DNA of 64,000 nucleotides from Mobula hypostoma (lineage: Eukaryota). The DNA lies in the NCBI RefSeq assembly GCF_963921235.1, contig NC_086118.1, positions 27,654,001 through 27,718,000 on the forward strand. Direction: 5' to 3'. Under the pieces are notes generated by a model, which searched no databases, was not told the origin of the DNA, and saw nothing but the letters and a program-made list of their open reading frames with translations. Made by a program: the position numbers and the translations under genes. Of the stretch, positions 37,401 to 50,937 are shown in pieces (position 1 is the first letter of the stretch; the number at the start of each line of letters is the position of its first letter).

Positions 37401-39064
37401 AGATGGAGTTCAACCTGGAGAAGTGTGAGGTGGTACACTTTGGAAGGACAAACTCCAAAGCAGAGTGCAAAGTAAATGGCAGGATACTTGGTAGTGTGGA
37501 GGAGCAGAAGGATCTGGAGGTACATGTCCACAGATCCCTGAAAGTTGCCTCACAGGTAGATAGGGTAGTTAAGAAAGCTTATGGGGTGTTAGCTTTCAAA
37601 AGTCAAGGGATAGAGTTTAAGAGTCGCGAGGTAATGATGCAGCTCTATAAAACTCTGGTTAGGCCACACTTGGAGTACTGTGTCCAGTTCTGGTCGCCTC
37701 AATATAGGAAGGATGTGGAAGCATTGGAAAGGGTTCAGAGGTGATTTACCAGGATGCTGCCTGGTTTAGAGAGTATGCATTATGATCAGAGATTGAGGGA
37801 GCTAGGGCTTTACTCTTTGGAGAGAAGGAGGATGAGGGGAGACATGATAGAGGTATACAAGACTTAAAGAGGAATAGATAGAGTTGTCAGCCAGCGCCTC
37901 TTCCCCAGGGCACCACTGATCAGAACAAGAGGACATGGATTTAAGGTAAGGAGTGGGAAGTTCAAGGGGGATATTAGAGGAAAGTTTTTTACTCAGAGAG
38001 TGGTTGGTGTGTGGAATGAACTGCCTGAGTCAGTAGAGGAGGCAGATACACTAGTGAAATTTAGGAGACTACTAGACAGGTATATGGAGGAATTTAAGGT
38101 GGGGGGGGTTATATGGGAAGCAGGGTTTAAGGGTTGGCACAACATTGTGGGCCGAAGGACCTGTACTGTGCTGTACTATTCTATGTTCTATGTTCTATTA
38201 AATGCAGTTGGCTAACCTTGCTAATAGTTGGAAGAATAAGAGCTAATCTCATGAAGATTCACTCATGAAGATAGTTTTGAGAGAGATTAACAGATTAGAT
38301 CCTGAGAAGCTACATGGAAAACCATGAGCATCATTCCTGGCTAAATGGTAAAGACTGAAATGAGGGAAACGAATAAAAATTTATAAACCTGTAGAATTCT
38401 CTTCCTCAGTGGAGTTTAGGTGTCTGTCACTGAATACATTCAAGGTTGTTGCTTTCAGATGTTTAGGGACACTGACTGAACAAAAGGGTACGTGGAGCAA
38501 AATAAAGAGTCATTTATAACCCTATTGAACAAAGGAGCATGCTTAATGGATCACACGTCCAACTCTTACTTTTATTTATGCTACTACACGCTATGATTGA
38601 TCAGTGGTTGCCTTCTATCATCTGTACCCCATGATAACTAGATGCTCATTTCTTGATAGGTGGATGAGCAACTGAACAATGCTAGGAATGTCTGGGCCAA
38701 TGATTCATCTATGTGGCCAGTGCTTGCTAAGTTATTCACTGGCTGTTTACAACAACAGAGTTCTAATACTTTTGCTACCTTGTATTGTCATCCATTATTT
38801 TATTTAAGTTCACCCTCCTTTCACTGCATTTTTAACCTTTCCATAAGTTCTCCTCCCAATTTCTCCCTTTCTCTGCACCTTAAAATTACTCTCCATTATG
38901 ATGACTTGAAGCATTAACTCCATTTCTGCACGCAACCTAACTCTCTTGGCTTCCATAATGCTTTCTGTCAGTTATGTGTGTACACTCACCTATGAAACAA
39001 ATGGATTTCAAGTCAAGGTGGTGCCTGTGCGCAATGCTCCCATGGTCAGCATCTTCTAGATAGA

Positions 39065-39788
39065 TCATGACACCTTATATTTCACTTCTTTTATGTCTTT
39101 TACATTTGCTTTTCTTCTTGAATGTGATCCTGGAATTGATGGAGCCTGTGGTTTGCAGTTTGGAGATTGCTTGGTTGTTTCAGCGCTCTGCAGTCCCTGA
39201 GAGGGTTCTGGGAGGCACAGGCAGTGTGCGCAAACCTTGACGTAAGCAGGCTGCAGGACAGGACGTGAGCTGATGTTCGACTCCATTTTGTTGATTATTG
39301 GCCAATTAAAGTGATGAGGGAGATTGAAACATTGAGGTGAATGCGAAAGGTGAGTGCTAGCACTGCCCGCCTTTTGATCGCTAGTGGGATCGCTCTGCTG
39401 CCGGAGAGGGGAGACTGCCTTTTGATCGCTCGCAGGATTGCCCTGCTGCCCAATAGGGAAGCTGCAGCTGAGGCTGGAGAATGTTGCCCAGGTTTTCTGC
39501 GTTTTGGATATGGACTGAGACTGTAGATATTTCTTCAGTCTGATAGTTTTTATATTCTATGTTTTTTGCTGGATCTTTCTTGATTTTTGTGTGTAGAGGA
39601 GGGGAATTTGGGGGTTGTTGTTCCTGTTCCATTTTTGCTTGTTCTTTTCTGTGCTGGGAGGGGAGGTTTGGGGGTTGATGATTGTGCTGCCGTAATTTTC
39701 TTTCTTGGTTTCGTGACTATCTGGAAAAGAAGAATTTCAGAGTTATATACTTCGATAATAAATGGATCTTTTGTACCTTCGGAACTTC
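39065..39788 (+). mobile_element. Non-coding SINE-like retroposon with Rex1-like 3' tail
   Basis: GC-rich body with a short internal repeat (cttttgatcgct..ctgctgcc x2); ends atacttcgataataaat, like the tail at ~23710. Confidence 0.45.
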
Positions 39789-40170
39789 ATTATCAATTAA
39801 AAATGTTATTGTTACTAAATGTAATTTTACCTCCTGTTATTCTGTTTTTCCTACTCTAAAAGCTTATTGATTCCTGACTCTCAACTATATATTACTAAAA
39901 TTGAAAGGCCAATTTTTTGGCGATAATAAAATTTAAAAAGTCTCTCACTTTACAATTTCATTTAATTGTTTTCTTTTTCACAGGAAACTATTACCTTTGA
40001 AACATCAGTTAATTTGTACACATATTCTTTGATTCAACACAGAACAATCAAATAAATAATTAGCAATAAGAATCAAATAATAGGTTATGAATAATGGATG
40101 ATTTATTATAATATTACAAGAGCTGTTAACTATTCACTGCTACACTATATTACGTTTGTACATTATATAC

Positions 40171-41481
40171 CAGGGGTCGGCAACCTTTATGCCTCTGTGG
40201 GCCGGATCGCATATTAATGAGCAGATGGTGGCCAGATAAATGCCATAAAAAACTTGAAATATGGGAATTATCCATTTAAGTACATCTAGTTGTGTTTTGC
40301 CTCAAATTAATAAATAACGCATGCTAGAAAATCATTTGTACTTAACCAAGGATGCCAATCAGTAATCAAAGAACTCAGTTTAGTTGCAATTTATTTCAAT
40401 CAAGGCATCTTTTGAATCTGTTAAAAGGACACAAAGAATCTTTAAACTTAAAACGTATGAACATGACGCATTGAATGGTGGTAAATTAAGTATAATAAAA
40501 AAGAAAATTTTAATGCAAACAGTCCATACATCACTGTGAAACTTGATGCTGTTTGTTGCTTGAAAGCTTCTCAATATTGGGTGTCAGACTTGTTGATGCC
40601 AAGAGCAAGACATTATTCAGATGGGCATCAGTCAATCTTGTTCTCAAATGGTTCTTGGTGTGCTTCATTTTTGAAAATAATAACAGATAAGTGCTGCCAA
40701 ACAATGATGCCATCTTTTTTGCATGATCCACTAAGTTAGGATACTTCCCACTTGGGAGAATATAGCTAGCATGGGTATTTCCATCATTTTCACTGCTTTT
40801 CTTGGCACAAAATGACGTTTGTTTTCCAAACCTACCCTTCATTCACTCAACTTCATCTTTCCTTGCTTGCCCAATAAACTTGTTAAAATTTCCACTATGA
40901 CGGGTCTCGTAATGTCACCTGATATTTGCCACCTCCTTCACAGCAACATTTTCTAGGCAAATGAGACAAACTGGTTTCCCAGCTTGCTTGATGAAGAAGT
41001 AATCTGGTGTCCAAGCGTCTTGGAAATTTTGGCACTCAGTGTCTACCTTCCTGCATTTTGCTTTCTTTGCCATTGGAAATTTTCTCTTCGATTTTATTTC
41101 AAAACACGAGTTATTCAACAAGTATTGTAGCACATGTAAATATCTGGATATTTAGCGTGGATTTCTCATTAAAACACAGTGATGCTGTTTCAGTTTACAA
41201 ATTTGAACGATCCCATCTGAAAACCTGTGCGTGCACGGAGAGTATCCAAAACAAATTAATAAGGTAGTCTGCCTTCCTGTCACTCTTATGTACCAGTGCT
41301 GGTTTGGAACAAAAGGGAACCTCAGGCCAGTTAACAAGACGCCATGCATGTCCATCAGTGTGGCCGTGTGAAACACTCAGAATAAGGGAAAATCGCTCGC
41401 GGGCCGGATAAGCATAGTATCCCAATATTCGCTCGCAGGCTGGTCAAAATACCTTCACAGGCCTTAGGTTTCCTACCCCTG
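40171..41481 (-). mobile_element. hAT (Charlie/GTF2IRD2-like) DNA transposon, internally deleted
   Basis: TIRs CAGGGGTCGGCAACCT / AGGTTTCCTACCCCTG; 8-bp TSD TTATATAC at 40163..40170 and 41482..41489; transposase N-terminus RKVDTEC..FQDAW..KPVCLIC and C-terminus SLFGSTY..FSKMK..RTRLTD. Confidence 0.92.
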
Positions 41482-42924
41482 TTATATACCATAATATATT
41501 TGTTATTTAATTCTTCTATACTCCATTTTTATTTTTTCTTTATGTGAGTACACACACACACACACACAGCTTCTTTATTTCAGGGTAACATGGAATGTAA
41601 GCATGTTAGAATAATAAATTGGTATACTGTTGGAATTGTTTAGATACACACTTTATGCAGGGGTGTTAACTAAATACTGTCAAGCATATAAAAAATAGTC
41701 TTTTAAGCTTTAATGGGAAGCAAAAAAATGCATTACAACAACAAAATAGCAGAAATTCAGTTGATCCAAAATACTGGTCCCTTTTCAGATGTTGATTTAA
41801 GGGGATATCAGAGACAAACAGAAATGAAATCTTCTAAAGTTGTTCATTCTGGTGACATTTAAAGATGACGGTAATTAATCTCTGCAATTGACAGAAGTAG
41901 TATGTGCCTTTCTGTTTACACAGGATGGAATCTGAAAACTTGTTTACAGTGTGTTTCTGCCCAAGGCAGATATCAGATGTGATAGAGTGCAGCCGGCAGC
42001 CAGAAACTATCCCAGATAACCAGCTTTAACATTTTCATTTTTTGGTGCTGCTGTCAGTTCCTATCTTGGTTATAATTTTATTTAAAGCTTGTGAGAATAG
42101 GTCATGTATAGTAACAGTCAGGACTTGCCATGGAACCACCAGCAGTCCATATCAATTATACCATATAATTACCATCAGTAATGATCCCTTTCTTCACAGG
42201 AATGAATCCACATATCGGTGTACAGTGGATTCAAATTTCCCTTTGTTTATCTTACATAATCAAACACAATCAATAGTTCTAAGCAAGGAACTTTAGACAG
42301 AATTTCAACCAAGCGCTCGTAAACAGCTGTGATATTACAAAAAAATTGTGTAAATCCAAATGATCTAAATGTGGGGTAGCGATAAAATTAATAGTACACT
42401 CCTTCTCTCCTTCACACTCACTGCTGAGACCTGAAGGAGCGAATAAAACATGTATTCAAGTGAAATAATAACAAAACTTCACAACACAGGTGAAGAAAAT
42501 AGGTGGCATAACAAGTTGATAAGTTCTGTTGAAATAGTAAGATATCTGTAGACTTAGATTATCCTGGAAAACAAGTAGAAAGATTAATCAGTTTCGCCAG
42601 CATCTGCTGAAAGAGGAACAGGTTTTACAAGTCTGCAGATTAGCAAAGCTTGCTCAATAATACTTTTTCCCACCGTGCCTCCTGAAAGGGCTCCATTGTT
42701 CCAGTGGCTCCAACTCAATCATATTTGTTCCAATGACAAGACTTTTCATGAAAATATACTGAAAAGTCCTCCTTCTAGCTGAAACATGTTTTCCTGTTTT
42801 GCCTCTACCCCAGCTGACAGAGTCTTTGATTGTGTCACAGTTACTTCTTGTACCTCTTTTTCAGAGGAAGGATACATTTACTTTGGACTTTCCATGTATC
42901 CTGCCAGTTATCCTTTGTGATTTA

Positions 42925-45795
42925 GACCATGAGACCATAAGATATAGGGGCAGAATTAGGCCATTTTCCCATCAAGTCTGCTTCGCCATTTCATCATGGC
43001 TGATCCAATTTTCCTCTAAGCTCCAATCTCCTGCCTTACCCCTGGATCCTTTCATACCCTGACCAATGAAGAACCTATCAACTTCTGTCTTAAATATACA
43101 TAAAAGCTTGGCCTCCACAGCTTGCTGTAGCAACAAATTCCATAGATTCACCATCTTCTGGCTAAAGGAATTGCTCCTCATCTCCATTCTAAAAGCACGT
43201 CCCTCAATCCTGAAGCTGTGTCCTCTGGTCTTAGACACACCCACCATAGGAAACATCTGATCTACATTCACTCTATCAAGGCCTTTCACTATTTGATAGG
43301 TTTCAATTGGGTCACCTCTCATTCTTTCGAATTCCAATGAATACAGGCCCATAGTCATCAAACGCTCTTCATATGACTATTTTGTGTACCTTTTGTGAAC
43401 CTTCTCCAGTTTCAGCATATTCTTTCTCAGATAAGGGGCCAAAAACTGCTCACAATACTCCAACTGAGGCCTCACCAGTGCTTTATAAAGTCTCAATATT
43501 ACATCCTTGTTTTTATATTCTAGTCCTCTTGAAATGAATGCTGATGTTGCATTTGCCTTCCTCACTGCAGACCCAATCTGCAAATTAGGCTTTAAGGAAT
43601 TCTGCACCAGAACTCCCATATCCCTTTGCGCCTCAGATATTTGTATTTTTTCTCCATTTACAAAATAGTCAACCCTTTCATGTCATCTACGGAAGTGCAT
43701 GACCACACACTTCCCAATACTGTGTTGCATCTGCCACTTCTTTGCCCATTCTCCTAATCTGTCAAAGTCCTTCTGTAGCCTCTCTACTTCCTCAAAACTA
43801 CCTAACACTCCACATATCTTTGTATCGTCTGCAAACTTTGCAACAAAGCCATCAATTCCGCTGTTCAAATCATTGACATATAACATAAAAAGATTCAGTC
43901 CAAACACAGACCCCTGTGGAACAGCACTAGTCACTGCCAGCCAACCAGAAAAGGCTCCCTTTATTCCCACTCTTTGCCTCCTGCCACACAGTCACTGCTT
44001 TATCCATGCTAGAATCTTTCCCCTAATACCATGGGCTCATAGCTTGCTTACAACTTCAGGTGAGGCACCTTGTCAAAGGCATTCTGAAAATCTATGTACA
44101 AAATAACAATCAATTCTCCTTTGTCTATCATGTGTTTTTTTTATTCAAAGAATTCCAACAGAGCTGTCAGGCAAGATCTTCCCATGAGGAAGCCATTGTG
44201 ACTACAGCCTATTTTATCACGTGCCTCCAAGTACCCAGAAACAACATCTTTAACAATCGACTCCAGCACCTTTCCAACCACTGAGGTCAGACTGACTGAC
44301 CTATAATTCCTTTTCTTCTGCCTCTCTCACTTCTTGAAGAGTAGAGTGATATTTGCAATTTTCCAGTCTTCCACAACTATGTCAGAATCTAGTGCTTCTT
44401 GAAAGATCATTACTAATGCCTCCACAGTCTCTTCAGCTGCCTTTTTCAGAACCCTGGGGGTATACACCATACACCAGGTGACTTATTTACATTCAGACCT
44501 TTCAGTTTCCCAAGAACCTTCTCTCTAGTTATAGAAACTTCACACAACTCATGACTCCTAACACCTGGAACTTCCACTATACTGCTCGTGTCTTTCACAG
44601 TGAAGATTGTGGCAAAATACTTATTCAGTAATTCCACCATTTTCTTGTCCTCCATTACAACCTGGTCAGCATTATTTTCTAGCAGTCTGATATCCACTCT
44701 CACCGCTCTTTTAAATTTTACATTTCTGAATAAAACTTTTGGTGTTTACTTTAATATTATTGCTAGCTTTCTTTCATATTCCATCTTTACCTTCATAATG
44801 ACTTTATAGTTGCCTTCAGTTGGTATTTAAAAGCTTCCCAATCCTCTAACTTTCCACTAATTTTTGCTCTATTCTATGCCCTCTCTTTGGATTTTATGAT
44901 GACTTTATTCTATTATGGAGGAATTTAAGGTGAAGGGTTAGATGGGAGGTGGGGTTTAAGGGTCGGCACAACATTGTGGGCCAAAGGGCCTGTACTGTGC
45001 TTTATTATTCTATGTTCTATGTTCTATTATATGTTTGATTTCCTTTGTTAGCTATGGTTATGTCATCTTTCCTTTCGAACACTACTTCCTCTTTAGGATG
45101 TATATATCCTGTGGCTTTTGAATTGCCTCCAGAAATTCCAGCCATTTTCGCTCTGCAGTCATCCTTGCCAGTGTTCTTTTCTAATCAATTCTGGCTAACT
45201 TCTCTCTAAAATTTCTTTTACTCCACTGTAATACTGATACATCTGACTTCAGCTTCTCCTTTTCATATTTCAGGGTGAATTTGATCATAATATGATCAGT
45301 TTCTGCTAAGTGCTCTTTTACCTTAAGCTCTCTAATCAATTCCGGTTCATTCCATGCCCCCCCACCCCAGCCCACCACCGATCCAGTGGGCTCTCTAGTG
45401 GGCTCAACCATGAGCTACTCTAAAAAGCCATCTCATAGGCATTCTAGAAACTCCTACATCAATGCAATTTTTCCAATCTACCTGCATATAGAAATACCTC
45501 ATGACTATTGTAACATTGGTCTTTTGGCATGCATTTTCTACCTCCTGTTGTAAATTATAGACCACATCCTTTCTATTGTTTGGGAGTCTGTACATAAATC
45601 CCATCAGGGTCTTTTTATCCTTAAGCTCCTTAGCTCTATGCACAACGATTCAACATGTTCCAACCCTATGTCATCTCTTTCTAATGATTTACTTTCATTT
45701 TTTATACCAACAGAGCCATGCCATCCCCTTTGCCTTCCTGCCTGTCCTTTCAATACAATGTGTATCCTTGAGTATTAAGCTCCCAACTATAATCT
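42925..45795 (-). mobile_element. CR1 ORF2 remnant
   Basis: SAVPQGSVFG, KFADDTK, LVRPQLEYC, FSQKMVNLWN; (gaccat) tail. Confidence 0.88.
44914..45027 (+). mobile_element. Very short CR1 3'-end insert, same subfamily as the 38090..38198 end
   Basis: atggaggaatttaaggtg...ggcacaacattgtgggcc...ttctatgttctatgttcta. Confidence 0.8.
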
Positions 45796-45797
45796 TC

Positions 45798-46646
45798 ACA
45801 AACAGGAGAAAATCTGCAGACGCTGGAAATTCAAGCAACACACATAAAATGGGCTGAAAAAACTCAGCAGGCCAGGCAGCATCTATGGAAAAGAGTACAA
45901 CCGATGTTTCAGGCTGAGACCCTTCAGCAGGACTGGAGGGAAAAGGATGAGGAGTCAGAGTTAGAAGGTGGGAGGAGGGGAGGGAGAAACACAAGGTGAT
46001 AGGTGAAACCGGGAGGAGGGGAGGAATGAAGTGAAGAGTTGGGAAGTTGACTGATGAAAGAGATACAAGGCTGGAGAAGGGGAGATCTAATAGGAGAGGA
46101 CAGAAGACCATGGAAAAAAGAAGAAAGGGGGAGGAGATGGGCAGGCAAGGCGATAAGGTGAGAGAGGGAAAAGGGGATGGGGAATAGAGAAGGTGGGGGG
46201 CCATTACCGGAAGTTTGAGGCATCGATGTTCGTGCCATCATGTTGGAGGCTACCCAGACAGAATAGAAGGTGTTGCTCCTCCAACCTGAGTATGACCTCA
46301 TCATGACAGTAGAGGAGGCCATGAATGGACATGTCGGAATGTCCTTGCAAGCAGAACAAGTGCTAAACCTGGCCCTACACCTCCTCACTCACTACCACTC
46401 AGGGCCCAAACAGTCCTTCCAGGTGAGGTGGCACCACCTGTGCATCTGTTGGGGGTCATCTGTCGTATCGGGTGCTCCTGGTGTGGCCGCTTGTATATCG
46501 GTGAGACCTGATGTTGATTGGGAGTCTGCTTCATCAAGCACCTACACTCCGTCCACCAGAAAAAGTGAGATCTCCTAGAGGCCCCCCATTTTAATTCCAC
46601 TTCCCATTCCCATTCCGACAGCATCTGCAGATTTTCTCTTGTTTGT
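45798..46646 (-). mobile_element. Penelope-like insertion with internal inversion and 26-bp terminal inverted repeat
   Basis: Minus segment 45798..46341, plus segment 46342..46620 (GIY-YIG region), inverted terminus 46621..46646. Confidence 0.85.
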
Positions 46647-48014
46647 CATGGGCATTGTTTTTGGAACATATTGTAACCTTGAATGTGAATGTAATTATTT
46701 TAATAGTGCTGAATGTGTATAATCATATATAGCAATTATTGAGATTAAATGTGCATAATATTCCCACACTAGATATTATTGTTTTTACCTGTTTAAATAC
46801 AAGAGCAATGGCCATCAAACAAATTATTCAAAACTGCATCCAGTACTATAGAAAGTCAACATGCAAAGGTATTCCTGGAAATTTTCTTTCAAGGAACATA
46901 AAAGGCTTCCATCTTATATTTTGTTGCATACAAATCACTTGGACCAAACAGCAAGCAAACACACTAGAAGTTGTAAAACTAAAAGTACAATGCGTAATAG
47001 TAAGTTTTTAAAATCTCCTCAAGAGTATGCAAAACAACCTATCGGTTGGGAGGTGGTTGGTGTTGTAATGATGGGTGACGCTGCATGTTGATAACCAATT
47101 GATTTCTGTGTTTCCCATCACTGGAGGGGAAGACTTTTAACAGTGTTTACTAATACATCCAATAAGGAATTAAGAACTTCTTTTCTTAGTGAGATTTGAA
47201 TGTGGAACTCTAGACCGGGGGGTAGATAGGGTTGAGGCAAATAGATAGGGCTGAGGCATCTACCAGTTGAGGAGAAATTAAATAAAAATAAACTTTGAAT
47301 AGAGTGTTACTTTTGACGATAGGTGGGAGGATGTTCATATGTAGCGTAAGTACCACAGTAGAACAATTAGACAGCCTTCTAGATAATTAATTTCCATTGG
47401 GGATGCAGAATCAAGAAATTCTGACTCATTTTAATACACACTTCACTCATGCATCACTGAAATGCCTCAATGATATATATCTATGTTAATACCATTTGCC
47501 TGCTTTACGCTTGAATTCCTCCATACTTTTTCTATCCTAGTACTGTCCAAACACCTTTTAAGCATTATAATTACATCTGCCTTCTCTTATCCTCCAGCAG
47601 GTTGTTCCAGATGGCTACGAGCCTCTGCGTGAAAAATTTGCTCCTTGATTCTGAACAAATTTGCAACTTGCATCACTTAAAACTGTGCATCGGGTTTTGG
47701 ATTCTGCTGCCCTCAGGAGAAAAAAAAAGGTGAAAAAAAAAGAAAGAGGACTTTGAATGGACTAGAACCCATTTCATTCTAACATCAAAATATTGAAAAC
47801 AATCTGTTTCTATATTTTTGGTGGAAGGTGACACTAGATCTAACTCAGAAAATAGCTTTTACTCAGATTATGAACCTCAGTTTATTAATAAATGTAGCTG
47901 CAACCATATGTGAGGAGAAGACTCAAATATACAACATAACCTAAAAATAAAATCTGCAAACTAATGAGAAGTTATACGTGTCAACCTTGGTTAGCATGTA
48001 CAGTATATCCCACT

Positions 48015-48345
48015 GATGCTCATTTTCCTTCCCTTTACCCTGTGGTCCACTCTCCTTTCCTATTAAATTCCTTCTTCTCCAGCCCTTTACCTCTTTCACC
48101 TATCACCTCCCAGCTTCATCCCCACTCCCCCACCCACCAGGCTTCACCTTTCACCTTCTAGTTATCCTTCTTCCTCCCTCCCCACCATCTTATTCTGGCA
48201 TCTTCCCCCTTCTTTTCCAGTCCTGATGATGGAGCTTGGCGTTGTTTATTCATTTCTATAGATAGTGTCTGATCTGCTCAGTTCCTCCAGCATTTTGTGT
48301 GTGCTGCTCTGGATTTCAAACATCGGCAGAATCTTATGTGTTTAT
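48015..48345 (+). mobile_element. Older Penelope-like 3' fragment
   Basis: Pyrimidine-rich tract, then ccagtcCTGATGA..gttcctccagcattttgtgtgtg. Confidence 0.65.
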
Positions 48346-50745
48346 ACTTGCTAAATCTGGTTTAAGTAGGCATTGAAGTTGTTGTTCACCATGGGAACAA
48401 TATTGAAAGCTATGTACATAATTGCACAACGTTGGGGATTAGTGATCAGAATTAAATTCTTGTTATAATAAGTCAAATTAACAAAGTAGGAAGGTAACAA
48501 TTCATGTTAGCACATGAAAGTGTCTAAAAGTTATTAACTGTTACATGAGCTTTTTGGAAATGACTTATTTTAATCAGTATATTATCAAGTATTATTTCTG
48601 CAAAGGTTGCTTTGGAAGGAAAACAGCAAACTTCAAAGTGCATTATTAGCTTGGCAATGATAGGGGCTGTCTTTGAAGGGGAGTGATGGCAAACTTATAA
48701 TACAGCATTGAATGTGAAAAAATGCTTTGAAGAAACTTGGAGCCTGTTCCAATCAGTCTTGTACCATTTCTTTTCCAGCAATTTATATAACCAGATGACC
48801 AATACATATTCACTAACAATGTATTACACTTAGATGTGTAAAAGTATCTTGTAATATGTTTGTATACAAGCAAGCAAGGGTAGATTGTCAGTTAATCTGT
48901 ATTTCAATGACAGCAGTGAGTAATTTCAATTGATATCAGAAGAGATGTATGCCTTGGCAGTTCATTTCAGGTTAGCATTATTAAACACACTTAAGATTTG
49001 CTGTGGTACTTTGTGCTGTGCCATTTAAATCCATTGTATTGATTTCAGTTTTGGAGATGGCATTACTGCATAGTAAATAGTATGGTTAGCAGTGCCAACC
49101 AGAGGTAGATGTCATCTGGACTAAAGGGTAGAATTTGAAGATTAAATCATATTTTTATTAGTTGCCAAAATATACATGGATGAAGCGTAAACTTTAAGAT
49201 TCAGTATCAAATAATATCTTTTGAACAAAGATTACTGTTTCACCTGTTCATGCCATGGTTTTTAGACAAAACTATATGCAAGTTCATACCCTGATGTAAT
49301 GATTTGGTGAAAAGCCAAATGTCCATAGAGGGTAACAGAACAGAGTGCATTTTTCACTTCCATGTTTTGAATCTCCCGACCAGTTTGATTATTTTGCCAG
49401 TACTACTTTATTTATGGAAACAAAACCATGGTCGAAGAATGTTCTGAAAAAGAATTTCAGTTTCTTTGTGCAAGTGTAAATGTGGGTGAACACACTGGAC
49501 AGGTTTGTACTGACTATCAATTGTCATTTTTTTGTGGAATTGTTAGCTGGATTTCCTTCATCCACTCTGTTGACTATTTGCAGTAATCAAGACAGATCTC
49601 TGCGTTTAGTTTTGCACAAGCTGACTAAACTATAATGTAGCATTTCAAATTCATTTTCTTAGCACATACAAAGTTCATAGTTCGAAGTACATTTATTATC
49701 AAAGTATGTACAGTATAAATTATCCAACCTTGAGATTCGTCTCCTTACAGGCAGCCACAAAACAAGAGGTTTTTGATCTAGTGTGATAAACAATGTTTCA
49801 CCTGAATGTCCAGTGTTTTAACAATTCACTAACCACACCCCTCTGATATGTAAAAGACTAACTTGGTCAATACTCTATTTGAATTATTATTTTTTTATTT
49901 TTAGAACTTTTGGCAGAACTAAATATTTGTATCAACCACATAGGAGGAATTCTTCATTTAATAATTGCCTCCGACAAGGGAAGTGTATCCATGTTAAAGG
50001 TGCTCAATAGTCAACAGACTGAAATCACAAATTGTTAACCTTTCTTGTCCATTAACATTGGGACAAACAAATACATTGTTTTTTTTCTTGTAGATCCCTT
50101 AAATTATGTGAACTTTTCTCTTAGAGGGTGGCTGACATTTTTTTTAAGTACAATTGGGCATTGTTTTCATGAGTCCAAAATAAAGAGCCAGGAAAGCAGT
50201 CAAATTTGAAAGCAGGAGCAGAGCTGGAGAAGAGCTGTGGGTGAGGTACAGAAGACAGTCACTGAGACTCCCCATCACTGCAGGTATAGTACATGTTTGT
50301 ATCTAGAGGAAATTTGGCTCAGAATTCTTCAGCTGCACCCTGTGTTGCAGTCATTGTGATACATCAAAGAGTGGTGAGATGGGGCTGCCAAGCATACTGA
50401 AGGCGGAACCTCAGCCATTGACTTTGACAATGTACGTATATGAGGCATCTGCTGCTTGCACAGGTGTAAATATCATGCTATCAAACAATATAGGCAATAA
50501 TAAAGAATGTAGTCATAGTTAGGACTGCATTGTCTGGGTTAGATGCTGCATTGAACATTTGTCTCAAAGAATATGTTGGGTATCTAATGCCCAGTGTTAA
50601 GGGTATCTTTTAAGGAATAGAATGTAACTTGTAATAAGAATGGTATGTTCACTTGGAAACTAACTACATAGGTGGAACCAAAAAATCAGTTTTCTTTTTG
50701 AGGAGGTGAGCAGATCAGGCCTAAATGAATAAAGAGGACTATAAC

Positions 50746-50937
50746 CACACAAAATGGTGGAGGAATTCTGCAAGCCAGGCGACATCTATGGAAAAGAGTA
50801 CAGTCGACCTGCTGAAAGGTCTTGCGCTGAAACTTCAACTGTACTTATTTCCATAAATGCTGCCTGGACTGCAGAGTTCCTCCAGAATTTTGTGTGCGCT
50901 GTTTGGATTTGCAGTATCTGTAGATTTTATCTTGTTT
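50746..50937. mobile_element. Fold-back Penelope-like terminal mini-insertion
   Basis: 50746..50808 is the approximate reverse complement of 50835..50896; the loop is a degenerate hammerhead CTGCTGA..GAAAC. Confidence 0.75.

Larger units (their letters stand above)
31400..38198 (+). mobile_element. Near full-length CR1 LINE (5' UTR, ORF1, ORF2, (TTCTATG)n tail), interrupted at 32464..35027
   Basis: ORF1 CSVC..CKNC zinc finger, leucine zipper and GDSIVRG..HVGTND esterase; ORF2 YFNARSI, GPDGI, ANVVPLFKKG, FADD, VRPHLEYC. Confidence 0.92.

Noticed and set aside
41530..41568. (CA)n microsatellite, also (GA)n near 30900
   Set aside because: Ordinary short simple repeats.
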